From: a virus
Lineage: Duplodnaviria; Caudoviricetes
DNA: 64,000 nt
Reading direction: 5' to 3' (one strand)
IMG/VR virus record: IMGVR_UViG_3300013121_000029
Span: 96,001 to 160,000 of that record
Position numbers and translations under genes: made by a program
In this document: positions 28,907-40,482 of the stretch, piece after piece
Layout of the letters: each line of letters begins with the position of its first letter
How positions within the stretch are numbered: the first letter of the stretch is position 1
Notes under the pieces: generated by a model
Database searches by the model: none
Told to the model about the DNA's origin: nothing
The model's input: only the letters and a program-made list of their open reading frames with translations

Positions 28907-29992
28907 ACAATTCTCCCTAACATCTTATCAAATAGTACTACTAATTGTTGATCTGTTACTTGTTTTGTGCTACGATATGTTTCGAACATTTCTCTAATTA
29001 ATAACTTAAAATCATCATCTCCCGAAGGCCCTAACACTCGTCTTGCCTCTTCTTCCTCTAATACAGTATATCCTTCTTCTTCCAAGAAATCAATCATATC
29101 ATCAACATATACATCAACATCGACCGTCGTGTCAACAGTGTATTGCATAATTCCTCTGCGCTTGCGCATATTATTTACCTCTTTTATTTTTCTTAGTTGG
29201 TTCTTTTTTAAATGACATGTTATCAAACCCTTTCTTGATAAGTTCTTCTTTATCAGTAAGAACTACCATCATATTAGGGTCTCTTGGTGTATTTCCTACA
29301 AACATGGAAATTTCTTGAAACGCAGTATAAGGGTCTACAATTTTGACAAATTGAAGATTCTTAAGAAGGGGATGAAACTCAACTGTTCCAGTAAGATAAC
29401 TGGAATATTCCTTTTCATTTGATGACATAAGAAAATATGCAATTTTGTGATTGTACATATATTCTGCTACTTCATCATTAAATTCACCATTAATGGAAAC
29501 ATAGTTAGCAATCTTAGAAATGGTTTCTTGTTCAAATGTATTTCGCTTATTGTAATTGTAATCCTCAATTTCTTCCGTGTGCGTAGTAAGAAGAGCCTCA
29601 GCATGTTGTTTAGTATACACATAAACGTGGTGTGGAGCTTTAAACTCATGTTGTTTTTTATGAGAGTAGGTAAAGAAGACTTTAACACCACGATATACTT
29701 TTCCGCAAAAGAAAATAACAAAAGGGTCAAAATCAATATTATCGTAAGAGTTACAAGATTTACCCCCAATCATCCAATGACGATCGAGTTTAAAATTTGG
29801 TTTATATCTACCACCTTTGCGCCACGTCGAAGTTGTGGGAACGCAAAGGTAATTCTTATATATGTTGTAGAGATCTGCATTATCACCATCGAAATGATGA
29901 ATGGAGGAATTTCTGACAAAGATCAATTCTTTATCAATACCAAGACTCATAGCAGAGTCATAATAATCTTTGATTGCTCCAGTAATATGCAT
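28903..29992 (-). other. two hypothetical CDS (28903-29226, 29171-29992)
   Basis: KDYYD..DPYTAFQEISMFVG motif in the larger ORF. Confidence 0.6.
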
Positions 29993-30018
29993 AACGAGAT
30001 TTCTCTGATTTAAAATTC

Positions 30019-30047
30019 ATTATACAATATAATCAATTATGGAACAA
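30019..30047 (-). promoter_or_regulatory. sigma70-like early promoter
   Basis: TTGTTC-N17-TATAAT. Confidence 0.65.
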
Positions 30048-30052
30048 TATTG

Positions 30053-30763
30053 TTACAGAGTTACAGCATATAATGGATCAATAATAACCAATTGATAGCC
30101 ATCAGCTGTTTTTCTCGCCATTAAATTTTGTGAATGGAGATCTGTAGGTGTTTGTGTCTTTTGTGATATGTATTGTATAATATTTCTTGCTTGCGAAATG
30201 TTTTTTGAATCTTTCCAGCTATCGAAAAAAGGATTTGGACCTTCAATAGCTGCTTCTGTCAAAGTTGTAATTAAATTAATAGCATTAAAATTTGGTTTTA
30301 ACTCTCTTGTCACTTGTTCAGTAAATAGGGTTTCAACTAATTGTTTACAAGAGGTCGATCCAAGAGACATTAATTCCGTTAAGTGTTCCATCTGAAAAGC
30401 ATAAAACATAAGTGGCTCTTTTGCATTATATTTTTGTTCTTGTGTTTTAGAGAAGAGATCTTGGAGATCTTCTTTAGATGGTGTAATAGATTGAATTTGT
30501 GAAATTTTCGGAAAGAATGGATTGTCTTTTCCGTACTTTTCAATCAATTTGATATACATTACATATGGATTTACTTTGTCTTTCTTTGCTGTTAAAATCT
30601 TGATAACATCTGGCGAATCTTGTTGTTTGAATACAATAGATTCATACCCAGTGCCCACAATAGTATATTGCTGACCAGAATCAAGTAATGTGCCAGATCG
30701 TTTAATGCCTGTCTTTGCTACTTGAAGGGCATCAGGTAGCGTGACGATTTCAGATAATAACAT
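30053..30763 (-). CDS. protein kinase-like protein (MLLSEIV leader)
   Basis: VGTGYESIVF, VIKIL, FPKI, MEHL, DLHSQNLM, IIDP; AATAAATA at 30782-30789. Confidence 0.75.
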   Translation of the reverse strand: MLLSEIVTLPDALQVAKTGIKRSGTLLDSGQQYTIVGTGYESIVFKQQDSPDVIKILTAKKDKVNPYVMYIKLIEKYGKDNPFFPKISQIQSITPSKEDLQDLFSKTQEQKYNAKEPLMFYAFQMEHLTELMSLGSTSCKQLVETLFTEQVTRELKPNFNAINLITTLTEAAIEGPNPFFDSWKDSKNISQARNIIQYISQKTQTPTDLHSQNLMARKTADGYQLVIIDPLYAVTL

Positions 30764-30784
30764 AAAGTGCAACTTTTTATGTAT

Positions 30785-31413
30785 TTATTTTAAATAGTCC
30801 TTTGGATTCATTTTCTCTCTTATGCGATTGACCACTCGTTCACGAATGGCTATATCGCGTCTAATGGCTGCATCTTCTTCCTCACTTTTGACACGATAAT
30901 GGTTTCTCGGATCAAAATAGTCTTTATCTGCTTCGATGAAAGAGTCCATAGATTCTAACACTAGTGCTACTTCTTCGTCATTCAATTCAATTAACATAAT
31001 TATTTTTCCTCATAAAAATCTCTATATGGTTTGTGATCATGATATGTTCGATATTCAGGCTTATCTAAAACAAATTGTGCTATGTAATAGCCATCTGGAA
31101 ACCAACCATTAATTTCAAGCAGATGTTTTAAATTCTCATCGCATTTTTTTGCTGCAGCTTCATATGTGGAAAAAATACCTAATATATTTTCTCCATCATA
31201 ATTCCAATAACTTTTTGCTACATACAGTGCGTTTTCTATTTCGACGAACGGAATTGTTGCTTCATAATCAGGAGGAATATCTGGCACGACTTCGTGCTCG
31301 ATATTTTCCTTTCTTAATTCTTTACGAATTACGCCACGTTCTTTCTTCCAAAAGGAACGTTTGTTGATATTAAACCATGAATCAGGCCTGGTAACTAAAG
31401 TATTACGAAACAT
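30785..31413 (-). other. two hypothetical CDS (30785-30997, 31000-31413)
   Basis: contiguous ORFs. Confidence 0.55.
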
Positions 31414-32273
31414 TATTTTCCTCTGCTGGCTTGTGCTGCTTCAAAAGCAGGAATAGTAATCATAACTAATTGCTCAATCTTTAAAAGATGATTTCGAATC
31501 ATATCCATCGTTTGTGTATATTGCAATCTCGACAATTCGTTTTGTTGTGATGCTTGAGTTAATAATACACGTCTATTATACATTATATCTTCGATGGAAT
31601 CATAATTACCTAAGGTTTTTGCAGATTCTTCCGTGATTTTCAACGCAGTTATAAAGCAGTTTAACCGTTCATTACTCTCAAGTAAATTCTTTTCAATGTG
31701 TTTTGTATCAATAACACCTTTGAGTTTTTTTTCTAAATCATTTAAACGATCTATCATACTCTTAATCGAAATGTTCTTAGATGAAAACAGTTCTTTAATA
31801 GTAGTTTTTCCGTCAACTGCTTTGTTCACCTCTTCCAATGTTTCTGTTACATTTAATGAAGCAGTGGTTCTAGTGAGTTGTGTAACCATTTTGGTTCCAT
31901 CCACAGAATCTTCGACAGCTGGAGCTCCCCACTTCATGATTTGATCAACATCAAGATCAACTAGTTGGCGTACTTGTCTGGTTAATTTGTCTTTTAAGTT
32001 TTGATCAATAGTCATTTGTTCAATTTTTTGTAAAGATAATTCCAATAATGGGGAATTAGCTTGAGCAAATAATGATTTTGGTTGAGCATTCTTTTTTGTT
32101 GGGGTAGAGATGGGGGTAGAATCATCGAATTGTATAGCAAAAGATTTTACTTCTTCTTTTTTCTCTTGCTTAATTATTGGTTGATTGTCAAATGACAACG
32201 GTTTAGGACCAGAAGATTTCTTCTCTTCTTGTTTTGGAGTATCAACAGTTGAAAAGTCTAATGGTTTAACCAT
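31413..32273 (-). CDS. TelA-like coiled-coil protein
   Basis: start reassigned to ATG 32273 (MVKPLDF); IMKWG and ITIPAF resemble the TelA at 38859. Confidence 0.5.
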   Translation of the reverse strand: MVKPLDFSTVDTPKQEEKKSSGPKPLSFDNQPIIKQEKKEEVKSFAIQFDDSTPISTPTKKNAQPKSLFAQANSPLLELSLQKIEQMTIDQNLKDKLTRQVRQLVDLDVDQIMKWGAPAVEDSVDGTKMVTQLTRTTASLNVTETLEEVNKAVDGKTTIKELFSSKNISIKSMIDRLNDLEKKLKGVIDTKHIEKNLLESNERLNCFITALKITEESAKTLGNYDSIEDIMYNRRVLLTQASQQNELSRLQYTQTMDMIRNHLLKIEQLVMITIPAFEAAQASRGK

Positions 32274-32305
32274 AAGAAATTTATATCCATACAAAGTTGA
32301 AGCGA

Positions 32306-32336
32306 CAACAGGAAGAACTGTGGGTTCTTCCTGTTG
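32306..32336 (-). terminator. 13-bp hairpin after terD
   Basis: CAACAGGAAGAAC-N5-GTTCTTCCTGTTG; no clear U-tract. Confidence 0.55.
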
Positions 32337-32366
32337 AAGATTACATTTCAATAACCCTGGTAGCAA

Positions 32367-32957
32367 TTAAACTGAACCACCATATGCTTTCACAAAATCA
32401 ACAAGACCACGCTTATAACCAGCACCTACTGCCTTGAACATCCAAGAACCATCTTTCAAATACACACTACCGAACTGAACAGCAGTTTCGACAGAGAAGT
32501 CATCTTCGAGACTATATTTTGCAATTTCTTCACCAGTTTCATCATTATACAGTTTGATGTAACTATTTGATACTTGACCAAAGTTTTGCTTACGATTAAC
32601 AGCATCGTGGATCGTAACAACAAATGAAATTTCATTTGCGGCTTTATTGAGTTTGGTAAGATCGATAATGATTGACTCATCATCACCAGCAGTATCACCA
32701 GTCAATTCATCCCCAGTGTGAGTAACGGCACCATCGGGAGTTACTTTATTGTTATAAAACACAAAGTAACTATTGTCAATTAATTTTGGATTTCCACCAT
32801 TGTCATTACATACAAAGCATGACACATCAAGATCATATGCACTACCTGTATTGAATTTGTTTGCATCCCAACCCAGTCCTGCACGAATTCGTTTGAGGGA
32901 AGCAGAAGATTCTTTGGACAGGTTCACTCTGCTACCTTTTTCAAGATTAATAGTCAT
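32367..32957 (-). CDS. terD: TerD-family stress protein
   Basis: INLEKG, GLGWD, DLDVS, VFYNN, HTGDELTG..GDDE, QNFGQV, W.FKAVGAG. Confidence 0.95.
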   Translation of the reverse strand: MTINLEKGSRVNLSKESSASLKRIRAGLGWDANKFNTGSAYDLDVSCFVCNDNGGNPKLIDNSYFVFYNNKVTPDGAVTHTGDELTGDTAGDDESIIIDLTKLNKAANEISFVVTIHDAVNRKQNFGQVSNSYIKLYNDETGEEIAKYSLEDDFSVETAVQFGSVYLKDGSWMFKAVGAGYKRGLVDFVKAYGGSV

Positions 32958-32985
32958 TTTAATATCCTCTTATGATGTTTAAATA

Positions 32986-33810
32986 TTATACATTACGACG
33001 TACGTGTTCGTCAACGATGATGTTAAAGTTACTTTGGAATTTAGGAATCTTAAAATATCCTTCTGCCATGCAACCACTAACTAAATCATCAACAAATGAT
33101 TTTGGAAAATCCCTAATAGTAGCCTTAATCACAGCTGATGGTTGTGACAAGATATACTTAATAGGACGAACAATAACCTTACACTCTTCAGTATTGACGA
33201 GTTCAATATAATCTTCAAATTTTGGAATAGCAGCAAAGTTAATGGCTGCTTCTACTGCAGGATCGTTCCCATAATATCTTGCAAAATACAAGAAAATGCT
33301 TTCATTGGTAATTCCATCTTTGTCCATAATTTCGATCAATTTTTGCTCATGAGTACCAGTAATATGGACATCATCAATAAAGATAAGTAATTTACCCTTA
33401 ATAAATTCACGGTTAAAAAAGAATTGATCATTATCAATTAATTGTTTACGTTTCTCTTTCGAGAGAAATCCATAATCGTTGGTATAACTAACCTTACGAT
33501 GAATCAGTGTATATTCAACTGGTTCTCCTCTGGCCATTACCAACAAATAATTCAACCTATCGATAAAATGTTTCGTTAGCATTGTAGCAGCATTTGGAAC
33601 ATAATTATATGGTGACGGAATAATTACACAACGATTAGAAATCAATTTGGCAGCATGTACTTGAAAAAAATCATTTGCTAGAGCAATACCCATTGATTTT
33701 GCAGCTTGTACTGACCCAAACTTCAAACGAGAATATTGGGTCGGAGCAAAAGGAGCATCGTTCAAATTATCAAAACGATGAACATAGTGACGAGTATGAT
33801 TACTTTTCAT
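32986..33810 (-). CDS. phosphoribosyltransferase-like protein (Ter-associated)
   Basis: YSRLKFG, LIFIDDVHITGTHE. Confidence 0.75.
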   Translation of the reverse strand: MKSNHTRHYVHRFDNLNDAPFAPTQYSRLKFGSVQAAKSMGIALANDFFQVHAAKLISNRCVIIPSPYNYVPNAATMLTKHFIDRLNYLLVMARGEPVEYTLIHRKVSYTNDYGFLSKEKRKQLIDNDQFFFNREFIKGKLLIFIDDVHITGTHEQKLIEIMDKDGITNESIFLYFARYYGNDPAVEAAINFAAIPKFEDYIELVNTEECKVIVRPIKYILSQPSAVIKATIRDFPKSFVDDLVSGCMAEGYFKIPKFQSNFNIIVDEHVRRNV

Positions 33811-34519
33811 TTTCCTCTCTCATAAAATTGATAACGTCATTATACAGCGATTTTGGGGATGCACTCAACATCGTTCTCATACCAACAGTACTAGCACCTA
33901 CTATGTCACAAATAGGATGATCGCCAACATGTAGAATTTCGTTGTATTTGATATTCGGATTACATTCTTTAGTAGCCCAATAATGAACTTGTTCGAAAAA
34001 TTGTCTATCAGGTTTTGAATATCCAATAAGACCAGAAAACAAAGCATATTCAAAAATGTAATCTGTTTGTTCTTGAATATATGGATGTAATATTTTGCCT
34101 GAAATAAAATTCGTATTGCTACCAATACTTACCGTATAACCATTTGTTCGCAACACTTTAAGTAGTTGTTTTGTACTGTCAAGAATAGTAGGAGGATACT
34201 GAAGGAACGATTTTTCAACTTCGTTCTTTAATTCTTCAGCGTCATCGTATACGAAATAATATCCATCTCGGAATTCTTTAAGAAGATCTAACCAATTATA
34301 TACTGTTGCTTTGGGTTTGATACCTTGGATAGCATCTTCATCTAATTTCTTTTTAAGTCTAGTATACCGAGATTCAACATCACCAATCGTAAACGCGTTT
34401 ACTGATTCATCTTCGTTAACAAATTCACTAATAATATCAGTGCGATCAGTTGCAAACGAGGGGTTGGGAATTAGTAACGTATTCCATACGTCGAACGAAA
34501 TGTGTTTAATTCTTGACAT
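33800..34519 (-). CDS. HAD-family hydrolase
   Basis: SFDVWNTL, GSNT, SKP, HVGD..CD..GA. Confidence 0.9.
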   Translation of the reverse strand: MSRIKHISFDVWNTLLIPNPSFATDRTDIISEFVNEDESVNAFTIGDVESRYTRLKKKLDEDAIQGIKPKATVYNWLDLLKEFRDGYYFVYDDAEELKNEVEKSFLQYPPTILDSTKQLLKVLRTNGYTVSIGSNTNFISGKILHPYIQEQTDYIFEYALFSGLIGYSKPDRQFFEQVHYWATKECNPNIKYNEILHVGDHPICDIVGASTVGMRTMLSASPKSLYNDVINFMREENEK

Positions 34520-34571
34520 GATTAACCTCTTTATGAGTTTATATTATCTCACATTTTGAATAATGGAACAA

Positions 34572-34596
34572 AAAAGCCAGGTGTTAAGCCTGGCTT
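34572..34596 (-). terminator. intrinsic terminator
   Basis: AAAGCCAGG/CCTGGCTTT stem with T-run. Confidence 0.75.
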
Positions 34597-34611
34597 TCTT
34601 CATTAGACATA

Positions 34612-35610
34612 TTATTGTTCAAGTTTATCGGCGTTGAGTGATGAATATACACCCAGACTAATCAATGCTGCACCAATCAATCCAGTGAACATTTCAGGTA
34701 CATGTGCGATTGCACTATAAAGCATGATAAATGCAAGTGCTCCGATTGCCCAAAATGCACTATGTTCGAGATATTTGAGTTGTTTCAATGTACCTTTTTC
34801 GACAAGATGAATCGTCATTGATCGAACAAACATTGCACCTACACCCAAACCAAGCATAATAATGAAGATGTTATGCGACAATGCGAACGCTCCTACGACA
34901 CCATCGAACGAGAAGGAGGCATCCAACAATTCAAGATACATAAATCCGCCAATACCAGCTTTGATGATTTTCTCACCACCTTCTTCTTCACCACCTGCGA
35001 TTGAGCCTGCAGCATCAGCAAGAATGTAAGTGATAAGACCAGCAATACCCGCAACAATGAACCCAATTTGTTTTACAGCGTCCAATTGATAACTAATTCC
35101 GATGATAATAGCCATTGTAATAGCAGTTTCGATCATATCAAGTTTACCAACTTTTGATAATGGTTCTTCGATAAAATGTACCCAATGTTCATCCTTTTCT
35201 TGATCGAGAAAGAATTTGAGGAATACCATCATTAAGAATGCACCACCAAACGCTGCAATTTCATAATGGACATTAGTTAGAGTGGATGCATAAGTATCAG
35301 GATCATACAAAGCCATGTTAAGAACTTCGATAGGACCCATGGCGGTTGCAACTCCAACTACAGCAAGTGGAAATACAAGTCGCATTCCAAATACTGCGAT
35401 TAGAATACCCCACATTAAGAATCGTTCTCGCCAGACATGATCCCAATTTTGGAGGACTTTAGCATTTACAACAGCATTATCAAAACTCAAACTTGTTTCA
35501 AGGACACTCAAGATTAATACAATACCAGCACCAGCAGGACCAGCGATTACGTAGCCAAGAATGACCGCAATAACTGCAAATACAATTGACCAGTTGTAAT
35601 ATTTCAACAT
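34612..35610 (-). CDS. DUF475 / TerC-like membrane protein
   Basis: LETSLSFDNAVVNA, GMRLVFP, LDASFSFDGV.GAFA, YLEH.A.WAI. Confidence 0.9.
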   Translation of the reverse strand: MLKYYNWSIVFAVIAVILGYVIAGPAGAGIVLILSVLETSLSFDNAVVNAKVLQNWDHVWRERFLMWGILIAVFGMRLVFPLAVVGVATAMGPIEVLNMALYDPDTYASTLTNVHYEIAAFGGAFLMMVFLKFFLDQEKDEHWVHFIEEPLSKVGKLDMIETAITMAIIIGISYQLDAVKQIGFIVAGIAGLITYILADAAGSIAGGEEEGGEKIIKAGIGGFMYLELLDASFSFDGVVGAFALSHNIFIIMLGLGVGAMFVRSMTIHLVEKGTLKQLKYLEHSAFWAIGALAFIMLYSAIAHVPEMFTGLIGAALISLGVYSSLNADKLEQ

Positions 35611-35642
35611 TTCACACTCCTATTAATTAAGAAAGCGAGATC

Positions 35643-35671
35643 ATTATACGATATGTCAAATGTGAAATCAA
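35643..35671 (-). promoter_or_regulatory. sigma70-like promoter of the DUF475 gene
   Basis: TTGATT-N17-TATAAT. Confidence 0.7.
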
Positions 35672-35827
35672 ATTTCTTCTAAAACAATAATTTTTCTCAA
35701 TCCAATTACACCATTTTGTTTATTTCTATGATTATTAAATGTTGCTTCGTCTACTTCACACCAGTCTTCATGAATGTATCTTATTTCATACTTCACTTCT
35801 AATTGTTTAATTGCTTCGATTAAGTCT

Positions 35828-38065
35828 TCAATTTTTGTCATTATTGTTTACCAAAGATAAAAAAGTTAAACATTTAGTAATATAGTTATAATTGTCATGG
35901 AACCTAAAGAATGATGGATTGTATTCATGTTTTGCAATATAGATATATTTCTCGTTAATTTCAACAAAATGACACCAAATCCATTTTTCTTGTTCAGTAA
36001 GTACAGGATGCTTGTAAAACTTATCTTTGCCCCAATATCCTGTCGAGGTAACCACATAATCACTTTTCTTTGGAATTTTGTTTTTATTAAACCATTTCCA
36101 CATCCAATTTCGATTATTAAATGCTTCAAGTGCAGCATTATAAGCTGCATTCTCTTTTTCCCACTGAGTTTGTCTTAGTTTTTCGGCTTCCTCTTCAGCA
36201 TTGTTCATTCTTTGTTTAATTTCAGGATAAAGAGGGGCAGCCTTATCCACCACCTCTTTAAACATGGTTCTTAACTTATAAAAAGCAGCTACATCGTAAT
36301 ATACGACAGAATTGTCTTTCAAAAATTCTAATTTAATTTCCGCAGCCATAAAATTACCCCAAAGCTTTGGTTAAGAGTTCCACTTCGATACGACGACGTT
36401 CTTCTGGTGAAAGAACTTGATTGAGACGTGCTTCGAGTTCTTCAAGTTGCTTTTTCTCCTCACGTACTTCAATAGTAGCAAGACGCTTCTTGAAATCATT
36501 TACCCAATCATTTACATTATAACCACAAACCTTAGCTGTAATCTTTCTTCCTAACATATCAGAAGCAGATTCTTGAGCTTGTGTAATTACACAAAGTTGA
36601 ATGGCACATTCCTCAATAGTGTCTGCTGAAGAAGTTTGAATATTAGTAGTTGTAGCTGCTCCTAACATTCTGAAAGTGCCATTTGTCTTCCATGATTTTC
36701 CGATTTCTGCTTCAAGAGCAGCAACTTTTTTCTTGCGTTCATCTAATTTTGTAAAAAGTAGTTGAATTGTTGCGTCGATATTACTCATAATTTTTCTCCT
36801 TAATAGTTTAAATCTTTTGTTCGATCAATTTTTCCGTTTGCTAAAACGAATCGTAAATCACCAATTTCATATTGTTGTTTAATTTCGTCCATTGCATCGT
36901 TAAGTCGTTTGCAATTTCCTTCATCATTAAGTTTTGTTATAATGTTATAAATGTTCGTTTTTAGTTCTTTGACCACAGGATGAGCATCAGTTAACGAAGT
37001 TGGATTATACTGTGTGTAATTATTATAATATGTACTTTGTGACGATAAATGTAACGTTGTCGTTTCTTTGTCAAAACGAGCAAATCTTATTGGAGCAACG
37101 CTATTAAATACAAACTTATTTCCTTTTTGATAATGATTCCACGTACCTTGTATTTGCATTTGAACATATTCTGTGTCGTTTACTTTATACCAAAATACTG
37201 CTCTATTATTCCAATTACCGAATCGTTGATTCGTTTTACCTAATGTCATATCGATCACGGGTTGTGTTTCGTGTGCATGTGAATCAGAATAGTAAATGTC
37301 CATTAATTTTGCAAATTGAGGATGCACTTCGTCTGTCAAAGGACCTGAAATAAATGCATTAGGACTTCTTGCATGTACGATGTGATGTTGTTCATCAATG
37401 AATACATGCTGTTTTGATTTCTTTACATGCTTCCATCCATGATCACCATAATATTTCTTATTTTGTCTATAATGTCCTCTTGTATCCTTTTCATCCACAA
37501 TACCTTCATATGCATATCGATCGAAATGACCAAGATATACTACACGAGTAGTACTGTCAGATTTAATGCCATATGTATATCCAACTTTGAGATCTTTAGT
37601 GGAGAATTTAACACTTTGTTTAGCAGTATGTTTTACAGACTCTTGATATTCTTGGCTGTTTGTTGGTAACAGAATTAATTCTGTACCACTCCATGCATAA
37701 ACACAAGGTTCTGTGATATCTCGTTTTGACACATCAGCATGCATCAAAATACCAATTAAGTTAGATACAGAAATTTCGAATTCAAAATCTCTTGGATCCC
37801 ACACACGAACTACAGAACGACCTGATCCCCAATATCCATGTCGTTGAACACCTTTATTGAAGGTGAATCCGTTATTTGGAGTATTAGGGATTTCGAGTGT
37901 TTGAATATTTTTATCTCTCCATGATTGCCATGAAGCTTCCTTACGTAATTTTCCTGTATGGTCTTTGTAAATTACATAAGCTAACTTTCCTGTAAATGTA
38001 TCTGTACGTTTTTGAAAACCTACAACGATCGTTTCAGGAATGTAAAGTGTATTGTTCATTGCCAT
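35828..38065 (-). other. three hypothetical CDS (35828-36349, 36354-36788, 36800-38065)
   Basis: long ORFs with GGAG RBS inside the Ter cluster. Confidence 0.65.
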
Positions 38066-38135
38066 TGTTATTTTTCTCCAAAAGAGTTGGGGTCATATTA
38101 ACCCCAAATCATATACCCATTAGGACCTCGTGGCT

Positions 38136-38855
38136 TCAAAACTTTTTTAACCACTCACAGAATTCCTCGCCAACAACTTGTTCATACAATTGCTCATCAG
38201 TCATTTGGAGACTGTTAAGATTGATGAAACCTACGTTTGGAAGTTCATCAGCCATCTCTTTAATGAAAGAGAAATAATACTCCGGACCCACGCCAACCAT
38301 CTGCCAATAAATATTTTGCTTTTGTGCATCACGCATTACACGAGCAGCAGCACTACGATCGTTGTTTGCACCATCGGTAATGATAATGCCCATCGCAGGA
38401 GCAGTACTTGCAGCAGCAGTCGTAGTTACTTTCTTACCGAAGAGACCACCAAGTCCACTTGCTTTAGATTCAGTTACCACAGGACTAAAGTAATGGTTCA
38501 TCATATCATTCATTACAGGAGCATATGCGGTGCCACCCCACTTCTCGATCTTACGATTTTCGAGAATCGCACGCTTTACGTAACCACCATAATCGGCAGC
38601 ATTTGCAGTTTCGAGACGATCAAATCCTTCTGTGAAAGACCACATATCAAGTTCACCATTATCGTCAAACTTCATTGCAACGGCGAGCAAGCGATCAACA
38701 GTTTCTTGCATAATGCCTTGGCGATACATATCTTGGGTAGAACCAGAGATATCAAGAGCCAGACCTACACGAATAGGTGGAACTTTTGTAACATTACGTT
38801 TAGCAAGAATGATGCTAACTTTTTCGGCACGTTTTTCGAGATTAATACCAGTCAT
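38136..38855 (-). CDS. vWA domain protein (Ter-associated)
   Basis: LDISGST MIDAS, FDDNG, GGTAYAP, ITDG, WQMVGVG. Confidence 0.9.
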   Translation of the reverse strand: MTGINLEKRAEKVSIILAKRNVTKVPPIRVGLALDISGSTQDMYRQGIMQETVDRLLAVAMKFDDNGELDMWSFTEGFDRLETANAADYGGYVKRAILENRKIEKWGGTAYAPVMNDMMNHYFSPVVTESKASGLGGLFGKKVTTTAAASTAPAMGIIITDGANNDRSAAARVMRDAQKQNIYWQMVGVGPEYYFSFIKEMADELPNVGFINLNSLQMTDEQLYEQVVGEEFCEWLKKF

Positions 38856-38858
38856 GAT

Positions 38859-39950
38859 TTACACTCCGTTTTGTTTTGTTTGTGGAATAAACTTATCGAT
38901 CAATTGCTGTTCGAGTTGTTCAAGTTTCGATTCTGCTTGAGCACGTGAACGTTTGCCTTCGTCAGCAATTTTCTTCATATCATCACATGCACCAAGTAAT
39001 TGATTCTGAACGTGTTCGAGAGTATCAATACTTACCACCGAACGTTGCTTCGCGTGTGCAATTAATTGAGTATTTTGACGAAGCAGATCAGCTTGCTTTT
39101 TGAAAGCCTCATCTGTACTATCGTGAATTTTATTAGCAAGAGCAGCGCCTTTACCTTGTTCAAGAACGACAAGATATAATGCAAATGCATTTTGCCATGC
39201 AGGAATAGTTACAGTTTTTACATCTTTGAATTTAGAGGCAAGAGTCCTTGCGTTATCTTGTAGAAGACGAATTTCTGGTGCTGCTTGCTTTGCAAGCAGC
39301 ATCGAACGACGCAGATCATCGATTCGTTTTTCCAAACGATCAATACGATTTTGAATATCTGCAAGACGCTGAGCTGCAAATGCATCCGTTGCTACTTTTT
39401 CACCTTCGAGTTGTTTATTAAGTTCGACAAGAAGATTTTGTCCATCTTCGACACATTTTTCCAACGATTTATGAGTAGCAATATTTGCTACATACATATC
39501 TTCAAGATCAGTAATTCTTTTGGTATGAAGAGCAGTACTTTTGTCAAGTTCTTTGACAAGTTCATTCATTCTCGATTCAACAGTTGAATATTCAGCAAGC
39601 ATTTGTTCTTTTACACTTCCGAATAGATTACGGATAAATGCAATAATGCCTTTTTGATTGTATTTGCTAGGATCAAGTCCTTTTGCAGTACCGATGAGAT
39701 CGTTCAAATTCTTGCCAAAGTCGTCCATATCAGATGCACGAACTTGTGATAGAATTTGGCGCGACAAGGCAGACAATTGTGATGCTTGTTGATCACCAAG
39801 ACGTTCAATCTGCTCATCAGTAACAACTACAACACGAATAGGTTGTTCTTGATGGACAGCTGGGAGCTGATCTTTTGCAAGAACTAAATCTTGCATTGGA
39901 GTAGCAACAGTAGTTGCTACTTGTGGTTCATCGTCAAATTTCAATGACAT
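38859..39950 (-). CDS. telA: toxic anion resistance protein TelA/KlaB family
   Basis: coiled coil with LEKRIDDL, QAAPEIRLLQ, TIPAW, LLRQN..QRSVVSIDTL. Confidence 0.85.
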   Translation of the reverse strand: MSLKFDDEPQVATTVATPMQDLVLAKDQLPAVHQEQPIRVVVVTDEQIERLGDQQASQLSALSRQILSQVRASDMDDFGKNLNDLIGTAKGLDPSKYNQKGIIAFIRNLFGSVKEQMLAEYSTVESRMNELVKELDKSTALHTKRITDLEDMYVANIATHKSLEKCVEDGQNLLVELNKQLEGEKVATDAFAAQRLADIQNRIDRLEKRIDDLRRSMLLAKQAAPEIRLLQDNARTLASKFKDVKTVTIPAWQNAFALYLVVLEQGKGAALANKIHDSTDEAFKKQADLLRQNTQLIAHAKQRSVVSIDTLEHVQNQLLGACDDMKKIADEGKRSRAQAESKLEQLEQQLIDKFIPQTKQNGV

Positions 39951-39979
39951 ATTATCCTCTATTAATTAGAAACGAGATT

Positions 39980-40008
39980 ATTATACGATAACTGAAAAAG
40001 TAAATCAA
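39980..40008 (-). promoter_or_regulatory. sigma70-like promoter of telA
   Basis: TTGATT-N17-TATAAT; leader similar to that at 35621-35671. Confidence 0.7.
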
Positions 40009-40011
40009 CGA

Positions 40012-40467
40012 TTATTCATGGTCATATTCTTCGAGATATACAGAACGATCTTCAATCGTCACGAGTACACGAGTGTGATCTCCGAAACAATCATGACACA
40101 ATTTTTCCCCAGATTCAGAACCAAAAATTAACTTGAGAGTTTCATTTTGCTTAAGAAGATCAGAACTTTGTTTCCAATCCAATGTGTCAACTTCGTCACA
40201 AACATATCCATTATTTTCGTTCCAAATCTCACGAATTTCATCAACAGATTTTTCGTCAATGATGAATTCAGGATCACCCACACCAAATTCACAAGCTTCA
40301 CCGTCATTAAAGAATGGAGTGTATTGAGTCCAAGCAACTGCTTTTACATTTGGATATTTCTCACGTACTTCTTCGAGAGCGTCCATAAGTGCAGATTGGA
40401 ACTGTTCTGATGCTTCTTTATAAAGAAGTTCAATATTTTTTAAAGTTTCTTGAAGTTTTGCAGACAT
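40012..40467 (-). CDS. conserved phage hypothetical protein
   Basis: WTQYTPFFNDGEACEF..FGDH..EEYDHE. Confidence 0.7.
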   Translation of the reverse strand: MSAKLQETLKNIELLYKEASEQFQSALMDALEEVREKYPNVKAVAWTQYTPFFNDGEACEFGVGDPEFIIDEKSVDEIREIWNENNGYVCDEVDTLDWKQSSDLLKQNETLKLIFGSESGEKLCHDCFGDHTRVLVTIEDRSVYLEEYDHE

Positions 40468-40482
40468 TTTTCATTTCTCCTA

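Noticed and set aside
32274-32366. N-terminal extension MLPGLLK of ORF 31413-32366
   Set aside because: Spans a 13-bp hairpin after terD; ATG 32273 is the better start.
38178-38948. Long plus-strand ORFs antisense to real genes (also 29447-30013, 4361-4738 and many short ones)
   Set aside because: Shadow frames of well-supported minus-strand genes with no motifs or RBS.
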